From positions 47,678 through 111,677 of the IMG/VR virus record IMGVR_UViG_3300031707_000003: DNA of 64,000 nucleotides, one strand, 5' to 3'. This stretch comes from a virus. The notes beneath the pieces are model-generated. The model saw nothing but the letters and a program-made list of their open reading frames with translations, had not been told where the DNA came from and did not search any database. Each line of letters opens with the position of its first letter. Within the stretch, counting starts at the first letter, position 1. A program made the translations under genes and the position numbers. Of this stretch, positions 55,231 through 62,587 are shown piece after piece.

Positions 55231-56250
55231 ATGAAACAGTACATCGAGTTGGTGCAGCACGTTCTCGACACTGGTACGCGCAAGGAGAACCGGACCGGGA
55301 TCGACACGATCAGCACCTTCAACCACAACTTCGAGGTGGACTTGAAGTACGGCTTCCCGCTGCTCACCACCAAGAGTGTGAGCTGGAAGAATATCGTTGT
55401 GGAACTTTTGTGGTTCCTTTCGGGACAGACCGACATCAGTATCTTGAAGCGTCACGGGTGCAAGTTCTGGGACGCGTGGGCGGACTCCTCCGGCCAGGTC
55501 CCAAGCGCCTACGGCAACTTCTGGCGACACTTTCCGATCCACGGGACGATCGATTCGTCGGACCACAACATCGACGGGATGGACGTTTGCAAGTTCAACG
55601 ACCAGATCGCGTGGGTCCTCGCGGAACTGAAGAAGAATCCGATGAGTCGCCGTATGGTGATCTCGGCCTGGGCTCCAGGGAACGCGCAATACAGCAAGCT
55701 CCCGCCCTGTCACTGCCTCTTCATGCTCAACGTGCAGAACGAGGAACTGACTCGTGGAGAGGCGTACTGCAAGCGCTGCTACCGGAAGTCTCCGGCCGAG
55801 TCGATGCACTGCACTCACTGCAAAGTGCGAGAGGACACCCTCACGGAAGGGCATTACCCGAGGCTCTGCCTTCACTTGACCCAGCGCTCATGTGACGTGG
55901 CCCTTGGGGTTCCGTACAACATCGCGAGCTATGCGCTTCTCCTCAGTCTATTTTCCCACTTCACGGGGATAGAGCCTGGTATCTTCGCCCACACGCTCGT
56001 CGACGCGCACATCTACACGGCGAAGCCCGATGGGTCCAAGGCCGAGTTCGATCATGTGCCAGGGCTCAAGGAGCAGATCGCCAGGTCACCCCTTGCCCTC
56101 CCGAAGCTCCGCATCTCCGAGGAGATCAAGTCTCTGGAGGACATCGAAAAGCTCATGGCACCCGAGGTCACGACCGATGAGGTCATGAAGCACTTTGTTC
56201 TTGAAGGTTACGATCCCCACGAGGCCATCGCCTTTCGTGTGGCCGTCTGA
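55231..56250 (+). CDS. thyA: Thymidylate synthase (with a Zn-ribbon insertion)
   Basis: 'RTGIDT', 'FPLLTTK', 'ELLWFLSG', 'SRR', 'LPPCH', 'QRSCDVALGVPYN', 'DAHIY'; ATG at 55231 after GAGGA. Confidence 0.95.
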   Translation: MKQYIELVQHVLDTGTRKENRTGIDTISTFNHNFEVDLKYGFPLLTTKSVSWKNIVVELLWFLSGQTDISILKRHGCKFWDAWADSSGQVPSAYGNFWRHFPIHGTIDSSDHNIDGMDVCKFNDQIAWVLAELKKNPMSRRMVISAWAPGNAQYSKLPPCHCLFMLNVQNEELTRGEAYCKRCYRKSPAESMHCTHCKVREDTLTEGHYPRLCLHLTQRSCDVALGVPYNIASYALLLSLFSHFTGIEPGIFAHTLVDAHIYTAKPDGSKAEFDHVPGLKEQIARSPLALPKLRISEEIKSLEDIEKLMAPEVTTDEVMKHFVLEGYDPHEAIAFRVAV

Positions 56251-56262
56251 TAGGAGCACACC

Positions 56263-56553
56263 ATGACGAAGACACAGTTCATCGATTCCATCGCCAAGCG
56301 ACTCGGCTCCACGAAGACCGATACCGTCAAGTTCATTGACGGGTACGCGGAAGCCGTCGTCGACGCTCTCAAAGCCGAGGGAGAAATCACTCTCCCCGGT
56401 CTCGTGAAGATCACTCTCAAGGCGACGCCCGCAATGCCCGAGAGGCAGCAGATCAACCCGTTCACCAAGCAGATGGTGACGGTTGCCGCGAAGCCGGCCT
56501 CCAAGAAGGTGAAGGTCAAGGCAGTCGGTCCGCTCAAGAAAGCTGTCGGGTGA
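56263..56553 (+). CDS. HU/IHF-family histone-like DNA-binding protein
   Basis: 'MTKTQFIDSIA...EITLPGLVK...RQQINPFTKQMVTVAAKPASKKVK'; SD AGGAG. Confidence 0.92.
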   Translation: MTKTQFIDSIAKRLGSTKTDTVKFIDGYAEAVVDALKAEGEITLPGLVKITLKATPAMPERQQINPFTKQMVTVAAKPASKKVKVKAVGPLKKAVG

Positions 56554-57431
56554 TGGAGCCCTGGCTCCAACTGGCGGAGGTCGTGCGGGAGCAGACGGGT
56601 CGTCGTCTCGTGGGCACGGATGGCGGGCTCTACCTCTTCTCCGAGTCCGAGATCCGGCTCCCGTACGGCAGCGTGGAAGGTGCGGTCCACGAGCTTTGCC
56701 ACTGGGTTGTGGCAAGCGAAGAGGAGCGGAAGCAGCCCAATATGGGGCTCAGCACGGATTGGCAGCACCCGAAGTTCGATCGGATGGTCCGCTGTGAAGA
56801 GCTGGCCTGGTCGCTGGAGTTCTACCTCTACGGCGACCCGGCAATCGAGGTCATGGCGTCTCATCTGACTCCCGAAGCGAGGCGTTCGGGGGGCGGCTAC
56901 AACATCGGACACTCGTACAGCCCCACTCGTTATCTGAAGCCCACCAAAGAGAGCCTCGAAGAAGCCGCACTCGCGGAACTCGAACGAGCGTTCGCAACCC
57001 TCCGTTTCGAAAAACCAAGACCTGACGGTAGCGAGGCCCTACGTAGGGAAGCTCTCCAGAAAGCCGAGGCTGCGGGCTTGCCTGTCGTCCGGCTTCGCGC
57101 CGTCATCGAAGCGGATGTCGAGGCCAGGAAGCCCCGTTGTATTCGTTGCAAAATGGGCGTCAGCAACACCCCCGCGGATTACGAGCTACGAGTGCAAGCG
57201 GCAAATCGGAAAACCCGGGAGCGCGGAGGTTCCTGGGGAGTGGAGGCGAAGCCCCTCTTTTGCACGTCCTGCCAGTGCTCCTGCGGCTGTGAGGAGTACC
57301 TTTCGAGCACGCGATTGAAGGCCGAAGCATCCGGACGCGAAGTCGAACAAACCCTGACGTACCTGAAGCGGCCGACAGGACCCCTGAACGCTTGGCAACG
57401 GCTGATTTGGGATGACATCGGAGACGATTGA
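56553..57431 (+). CDS. HExxH protein resembling EF-P hydroxylase (EpmC/YfcM), with C-terminal Zn-binding motifs
   Basis: 'AVHELCHWVVASEEERKQPNMGL...EELAWSLE'; also CxxC and CxxCxCxCxC; TGATG-coupled to the HU gene. Confidence 0.55.
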   Translation: MEPWLQLAEVVREQTGRRLVGTDGGLYLFSESEIRLPYGSVEGAVHELCHWVVASEEERKQPNMGLSTDWQHPKFDRMVRCEELAWSLEFYLYGDPAIEVMASHLTPEARRSGGGYNIGHSYSPTRYLKPTKESLEEAALAELERAFATLRFEKPRPDGSEALRREALQKAEAAGLPVVRLRAVIEADVEARKPRCIRCKMGVSNTPADYELRVQAANRKTRERGGSWGVEAKPLFCTSCQCSCGCEEYLSSTRLKAEASGREVEQTLTYLKRPTGPLNAWQRLIWDDIGDD

Positions 57432-57643
57432 TGATCCAGGTCAAGCGGATCGTAAAGGGTAAGATCACGGAGTTCGACTCGCGAACTTACAAAGGCATCG
57501 TCGTGGTTGACGGGAAGCGTCGGCGATTCCTATCCCCCTATTTCCATAGTGGGAGGCCGCCGCGGTCCCCACGGGTTGGGGAGGTGGTCGAAGTCCTTTT
57601 CTCCCCGACCCGAACGAAGATCCTCTGCCTTCGGGCTTTGTGA
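57431..57643 (+). CDS. Small basic OB-fold/cold-shock-like protein
   Basis: 'KGKITEFDSRTYKGIV...PRVGEVVEV'. Confidence 0.5.
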   Translation: MIQVKRIVKGKITEFDSRTYKGIVVVDGKRRRFLSPYFHSGRPPRSPRVGEVVEVLFSPTRTKILCLRAL

Positions 57644-57652
57644 AGGAGCGAA

Positions 57653-58189
57653 ATGACGACTCGAATCATCGCGGCCGTGGACCCGAATTGGGTCATCGGC
57701 GTGAACGGCGGGATGCCCTGGCACTACAAGGCCGACTTCAAGCGCTTCAAGGAGCGGACGATGGGCGGGACGCTCATCATGGGCAAGACGACGTGGGAGT
57801 CCCTCCCGAAGCCTCTACCCGGCCGGCGCATGATGGTGCTCACTCGGCAGGACAAGCCAACCTCGAAGCATCCCGATGGCTCGTGCGAGTTCTACGGGGG
57901 CATTGACACCATCCTCCTCGCGGCGGGCTCGGACCAACACGGTACTAACGGTGACGTGTGGATCGTCGGGGGAGCTGAGGTCTACAAGCTCTTCTTGGAC
58001 AACGGGGGTGTGGACATCGACGAGATCGACCTCACGTTCGTCCCTGAAGTCACGGAGTTCCCTGAGCCGGGGAAGATCACGTACTTCCCCGTGCCCATCA
58101 ACCTCCTGGGTGGCTTCAAGCTCTCCTCAGAGGAGGTGAACGTCGATGACACTCGGCTCCGGCATTGTATCTACAAGCGGGCGGTGTAG
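57653..58189 (+). CDS. folA: Dihydrofolate reductase
   Basis: 'IIAAVDPNWVIGVNGGMPWHYKADFKRFKERTMGGTLIMGKTTWESLPKPLPGR', 'WIVGGAEVY'; SD AAGGAG. Confidence 0.95.
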   Translation: MTTRIIAAVDPNWVIGVNGGMPWHYKADFKRFKERTMGGTLIMGKTTWESLPKPLPGRRMMVLTRQDKPTSKHPDGSCEFYGGIDTILLAAGSDQHGTNGDVWIVGGAEVYKLFLDNGGVDIDEIDLTFVPEVTEFPEPGKITYFPVPINLLGGFKLSSEEVNVDDTRLRHCIYKRAV

Positions 58190-58198
58190 TAATACAGC

Positions 58199-58708
58199 AT
58201 GCGGAAGAAGAAGGTCCACTCCGAGGAGGAGCCCGTCTACAACAAAGCCGAGCGGGAGGAGATCCTTGTCTCGATGCGCGAAGCATCGAGCAGGTTCTAC
58301 GGGATGGCTGTGCACACCAAGTGCCACCCCTTCATCGAAATGACAGGCCTGATGAACGAGTACATCACGATCTGCCAGGCGGCTCACGCGAAGGGGATCG
58401 ACTTCACCCAGTCGAACACACACACGGGGCAAGCGCTCCCCATTGCGCCCCACAACGTGGCGTACCTCGCCGAGAAGCTCAACTGCATCTACGGCCCTTC
58501 GCTTCTCGCGTCACCCGAACTCCGAAATGCCCTTATTTCGGTGCTCCTCGATGGCGAATTCCGTCTGGAGCGCATCGCCATACCCAAAGGGGCCAAGGCG
58601 GCCGAGCGGGCAAAGCTTCGGCCGGGGGACTTCGAATCGCGTTCCGCAGAGGAGAAGTGGCGGATCGACCGTGAGCTGGGGATCCTCGATTGGGACGGGA
58701 CCTCCTGA
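58199..58708 (+). CDS. Hypothetical protein
   Basis: 169 aa; ATG 10 nt after a GCGGTGTA motif; 'CHPFIE..GLMNEYI..C'. Confidence 0.6.
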   Translation: MRKKKVHSEEEPVYNKAEREEILVSMREASSRFYGMAVHTKCHPFIEMTGLMNEYITICQAAHAKGIDFTQSNTHTGQALPIAPHNVAYLAEKLNCIYGPSLLASPELRNALISVLLDGEFRLERIAIPKGAKAAERAKLRPGDFESRSAEEKWRIDRELGILDWDGTS

Positions 58709-59022
58709 GCTACTCGGCGGCACAGATCCGTAGGGACGTTCATGCCGATCAGGAACGTCTGTTCGCCTCATGGGCCGTGGGGCGCCCGGTGGGTTGGGTG
58801 TGTGATCAACGGACCAAGGACTTGGTCTGCCTCTCGTTGTGGCTCCGTGAGGAGATGACTCGACTAGGGCTCGATGAGCTTGGTCGGAAGACCCAAGAAG
58901 GTGTTTTTCATCGGTACAGCCGTTCGGATCTCGATCTGTTTGAACTGGCTGCGGGGGTTATGAACGACGCCGTGGCAGGGAACATCGACAGGGACCGTCG
59001 AACGCATCGACGGTGGGGTTGA
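58690..59022 (+). CDS. Hypothetical protein (start uncertain)
   Basis: ORF fills the gap; plausible helical sequence. Confidence 0.35.
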   Translation: MGRDLLSYSAAQIRRDVHADQERLFASWAVGRPVGWVCDQRTKDLVCLSLWLREEMTRLGLDELGRKTQEGVFHRYSRSDLDLFELAAGVMNDAVAGNIDRDRRTHRRWG

Positions 59023-59074
59023 ATCCCAAAGAAGTCCTTGTGGGGGTTGGCATCGCGGGGTATATGCCGCCTCC

Positions 59075-59500
59075 GTGCAGCCTACAAACATGTCATCCGA
59101 ACCGCCTCCGATTCCCGAGTCGTTGAACACCTACTTCGCTGTCCAACTCAAGGACAGGGAGGTCTCTCATCATGTCGCGGGGGCTGTCCTTCACACGGCC
59201 AAGTCGTTGGGTCTGCTCTTTCGACGGTTGGAGGTTCTCGATACGGTCACCGTTGGGACATCCTCGTTCGTTCGCATGCGGGCGGACCTGGTGAACCCCT
59301 TCCCCGTGCTGGACAAGGTCTATGCCGATGGACGTGGGGTGATCAGCTCGATGGCGGGCGGGGACTACGCCGTTCGCCTTTTCGGAGGCCGGATCGGCAA
59401 GGTTCCCAACCTCTTCATGCACTCGGCGCCCAAGGTCGGGCAGGCCCGGATGTACCGGGGCACGAAGATAAAGCGTTGGGAAACCCAGTTCGGCGCCTGA
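59075..59500 (+). CDS. Hypothetical protein
   Basis: ORF with typical codon usage; start may be 59075 (GTG) or 59090 (ATG). Confidence 0.5.
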   Translation: MQPTNMSSEPPPIPESLNTYFAVQLKDREVSHHVAGAVLHTAKSLGLLFRRLEVLDTVTVGTSSFVRMRADLVNPFPVLDKVYADGRGVISSMAGGDYAVRLFGGRIGKVPNLFMHSAPKVGQARMYRGTKIKRWETQFGA

Positions 59501-59505
59501 GCGTC

Positions 59506-59515
59506 CTTTTATCGA
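59506..59515 (+). promoter_or_regulatory. Putative late-promoter motif CTTTTATCGA upstream of the C-N hydrolase/metalloprotease pair
   Basis: Identical to 24096-24105. Confidence 0.45.
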
Positions 59516-59530
59516 CTTGCCTTCGGTAGA

Positions 59531-60307
59531 ATGAAGGTCGCCGCCGTTCAGTTCGCCCCTGTTCTCGGCCAAAAGGACGAGAACCTACGTCGTTTGGTGG
59601 CTCTCGTCATTCAGGCGGCCCAAAACGACGCACAACTCATCGTTCTGCCTGAGCTGGCCACGACAGGCTACAGCTTCATGGGGAAGGAGAGCGCGGAGCT
59701 GTACGCCGAGAGCTTGCTTTCGTACCCCAACGACGAGCAGCCGCCCACGACAAGTGCCCAAGTGATGTACGCCCTCGCGAGCAAGTTCCGCGTGCACATC
59801 GCGTGGGGCCTCATCGAGAAGGACCTCGGGACCGGCGCCCTTTACAACACCCAAGTCCTCATGACCCCGGATGGCTCCTATTCGAGCTACCGAAAAGTTA
59901 ATCGTTGGGGGAACGATTTTCTCTGGGCTCGTCCTGGCCGCAGCAACCCGCCCGTCCTCAAGTGCTTCTTCGACGAAGGCGGTACGCGGATCACGAAGCG
60001 CGTCGGCCTCCTGATCTGCCGGGATGTTCGGGACAAGGTTGATGACACGTGGAAGTCCTTCTACGAGAAGGGGGACGCAGACATCGTGTGCCTCTCAGCC
60101 AACTGGGGTGACGGCGGGTTCCCGGCGGTGAGCTGGATGGACTTCGTGGAGAGCAACCACGTCACGCTCATCGTGTCGAACCGTCACGGGCAGGAGACCT
60201 CGAACGACTTTGGCGAGGGTGGGTCGTGCATCATCACGCTCCCCGACAACGTCATGTGCGACGGGCTCGTGTGGAACCAGGACTGCATCATCTACGCGGA
60301 CGTGTGA
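59531..60307 (+). CDS. Carbon-nitrogen hydrolase (nitrilase superfamily)
   Basis: 'MKVAAVQ', catalytic E 'LIVLPEL', K 'YRKVN', C 'GLLICRD', 'SNRHG...GGSCI'. Confidence 0.9.
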   Translation: MKVAAVQFAPVLGQKDENLRRLVALVIQAAQNDAQLIVLPELATTGYSFMGKESAELYAESLLSYPNDEQPPTTSAQVMYALASKFRVHIAWGLIEKDLGTGALYNTQVLMTPDGSYSSYRKVNRWGNDFLWARPGRSNPPVLKCFFDEGGTRITKRVGLLICRDVRDKVDDTWKSFYEKGDADIVCLSANWGDGGFPAVSWMDFVESNHVTLIVSNRHGQETSNDFGEGGSCIITLPDNVMCDGLVWNQDCIIYADV

Positions 60308-61173
60308 TGGATCCTCTCGCCGTACGAGTCGTCGCACGGTTTCTGGCTGCGAGCCTTCAGCATGAGTTGGAGACCCGTTTCGAGAAGCTCCTGTCCTACG
60401 ATCCGGGTAACCCGCCCCCGGACGAGGTCAAAGCCTTTCGTGTGTGGCTAGCGTCGAACTTCAAGCTCAGCGGTCGTGTGCCCAAAGAGGGGAAGCTAGC
60501 TCAAGAGGAATTGAACCGCTTTTGGAGGGGCCTGGAGACGGCCACCGAGGTTGGGGTGCAGTACAGCTTCTCCAAATGGTTCGGGGGACTTTGGCACGAT
60601 CGTATCAAGCGTGAGATCCCCAACATGTTGCAGTACCTCACGGTCGAGGGGACCGGTAAGGCGCCCGTGTTCGAGAAGAAGGTGGGCAGCAACACCTACG
60701 TCAACATGATCGGGGCGTCTGCGGACCGTTTTGATGGGCTGATTGACGTCATCGAGAAGGTGTTCTCGATGCTGAAGGATTGGCACAAGAAGGCCCTCGA
60801 CGGGGGCATCCACGTCGTTTTCGCAGGACCCAAGGACTTCCGTGGGACCTCTTCGGGTAAGTACCGCAGCCAACAGGACCAGCTATGGATTCGGGCGACG
60901 GCCGGGGGTCGAATCGAGAAGGGCGGTACGGGCTACGGAGGCCTCGCGTACGTGATCGTCCATGAGCTGGGGCACCGCTACGATAAGAAGCACGGGTCAA
61001 AGTTCGATTTCGATCGCCCCGAATGGTACACGAGCAGGTACAGCACGAACGAGGGTGAGTCCTTCGCAGAGCTGTTCGCCCTCTCGAACTTTGGGATCAC
61101 CACCTACAAGCCTGAGGTTGTCGCAAAATTCGAGGACTTGATGACGACGGGGAAGATGCCCGCGACGATGTAA
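60307..61173 (+). CDS. Zincin metallopeptidase (HELGH...EsFAE) with an RVxxRF leader
   Basis: TGATG-coupled start MDPLAVRVVARFLAAS; 'IVHELGHRYDKK', 'SRYSTNEGESFAELF'. Confidence 0.75.
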   Translation: MDPLAVRVVARFLAASLQHELETRFEKLLSYDPGNPPPDEVKAFRVWLASNFKLSGRVPKEGKLAQEELNRFWRGLETATEVGVQYSFSKWFGGLWHDRIKREIPNMLQYLTVEGTGKAPVFEKKVGSNTYVNMIGASADRFDGLIDVIEKVFSMLKDWHKKALDGGIHVVFAGPKDFRGTSSGKYRSQQDQLWIRATAGGRIEKGGTGYGGLAYVIVHELGHRYDKKHGSKFDFDRPEWYTSRYSTNEGESFAELFALSNFGITTYKPEVVAKFEDLMTTGKMPATM

Positions 61174-61243
61174 GTCACGGGAATTTCACTCGGGTCTCTT
61201 GATCGGGTCTCGTTACGGCTGTAGTACGGGGGAACCTCCACAG

Positions 61244-61251
61244 CCGGTGTA
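61244..61251 (+). promoter_or_regulatory. CCGGTGTA motif upstream of clpX
   Basis: Exact 8-mer, 10 nt before ATG 61262. Confidence 0.65.
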
Positions 61252-61261
61252 AGATACCCCT

Positions 61262-62557
61262 ATGAGCGACAAGACCACCACGGGCTCGGCCCGGTGCGGT
61301 TTCTGCGGCCGTCCGAAGAACGAAGTCAAGAACCTGATCTCGGGTAGTGATTCCGTCACGGGCCCGTTCATCTGCAACCGCTGTATCGATCAGGCCAGCA
61401 AGGCCATGTCCGAAACGGCCTCGGCGACAGCTTCCAAAGAAGAGCCGCTCCGCAAGCCTCACGAGATCAAGGCTCACCTCGACGACTTCGTGATCGGCCA
61501 AGAGAAGGCGAAGCGAGAGATCGCCATCGCGGTCTACGAGCACTACAAGCGTCGTGAGGCTCTGAAGCGCGGCCACATCACGATCGAGGATGCCAAGGGC
61601 AACGTCGAGAAGGTCGAAATCGAGAAGAGCAACATCATCATCTCGGGGCCTAGCGGCACGGGGAAGACCCACGTTGCCCGCGCGATCTCCAGGCTCCTCC
61701 GTGTCCCCTTCTATGTGGCGGACGCAACGCGGCTCACCCAGGCGGGCTACGTCGGCGATGACGTGGAGAGCATCCTCCAAGGGCTCATCGCGGATGCCGA
61801 CGGGGACATCGAGCGGGCTCAGTGGGGGATCGTGTTCATCGACGAGTTCGACAAGCTCGCCCGCAAGTCGGGTCGTGGTGCCTCCGGGTTCCGTGACGTC
61901 ACTGGCGAAGGTGTCCAGCAGGCCCTCTTGAAGCTCCTCGAAGGGTGTCGCGTTCCTGTCCCGCGTGGGATGGGCTCGAAGATGATCGTGGCAGGGGCGG
62001 GCAACGCCGACATGATCGACACCACGAACATCCTCTTCATCGGGGCGGGCTCGTTCGCGGGTATCGAAGACTGCGTTGAGCGCCGCATGAACAAGTCGGC
62101 CCACATGGGGTTCGGCGGCAGCGGTCGAAAGAAGCTCGAAAAAACCGATGTCTACCTCAACGTCACCGAAGACGATATCCTCGAATTCGGGATGATTCCT
62201 GAGCTGGTTGGTCGTATGCCGGTCCTCACGACAACCATCGACCTCACCGAAGACGAGATGGTCGAGATCCTCACGATCCCCAAGAACGCCATCATCAAGC
62301 AATTCCGGGCGCTCTACGCGATGGACAACATCGATCTCCAGTTCGACGAGGGGGCGCTTCGGGCCATCGGGCAAGATGCGAAAAAGCGTCCTACGGGGGC
62401 TCGTGCGCTCAGGTCGATCGTCAAGCACGTCCTCCAGCCGTACAGCTTCGACGCGCCGACGGACATCGGGATCCAGACGATCCGCATCACCGAAGAGGCG
62501 GTCCACGAGCCTGGCAAGGCGGTTATTGTCCGCCGCGAGGTCAAGGGGACGGTCTAG
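61262..62557 (+). CDS. clpX: ATP-dependent Clp protease ATP-binding subunit ClpX
   Basis: C4 zinc-binding domain (CGFC..CNRC), 'VIGQEKAK', 'KSNI...GPSGTGKT', 'AGYVGDDVE', 'FIDEFDK', '[18 protein letters not shown]', 'MGF' loop, 'PELVGR', 'TGARALRSI'. Confidence 0.95.
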   Translation: MSDKTTTGSARCGFCGRPKNEVKNLISGSDSVTGPFICNRCIDQASKAMSETASATASKEEPLRKPHEIKAHLDDFVIGQEKAKREIAIAVYEHYKRREALKRGHITIEDAKGNVEKVEIEKSNIIISGPSGTGKTHVARAISRLLRVPFYVADATRLTQAGYVGDDVESILQGLIADADGDIERAQWGIVFIDEFDKLARKSGRGASGFRDVTGEGVQQALLKLLEGCRVPVPRGMGSKMIVAGAGNADMIDTTNILFIGAGSFAGIEDCVERRMNKSAHMGFGGSGRKKLEKTDVYLNVTEDDILEFGMIPELVGRMPVLTTTIDLTEDEMVEILTIPKNAIIKQFRALYAMDNIDLQFDEGALRAIGQDAKKRPTGARALRSIVKHVLQPYSFDAPTDIGIQTIRITEEAVHEPGKAVIVRREVKGTV

Positions 62558-62587
62558 TCGGTGCTCTTCTTGTAAGCCGGGAGTGGC

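Noticed and set aside
55231-56250. Hypermodified-base pathway (dUMP/dCMP hydroxymethylase plus polyamine, as in putrescinyl-thymine phages)
   Set aside because: The enzyme looks like canonical ThyA (PYN Asn retained) with DHFR nearby; no hmdU kinase or transferase is in the window.
61188-61246. CGGGTCTC direct repeat and CGGCTGT/ACAGCCG inverted repeat upstream of clpX as an ncRNA or terminator
   Set aside because: Short, with no U-tract and no recognisable family; may be chance in GC-rich DNA.
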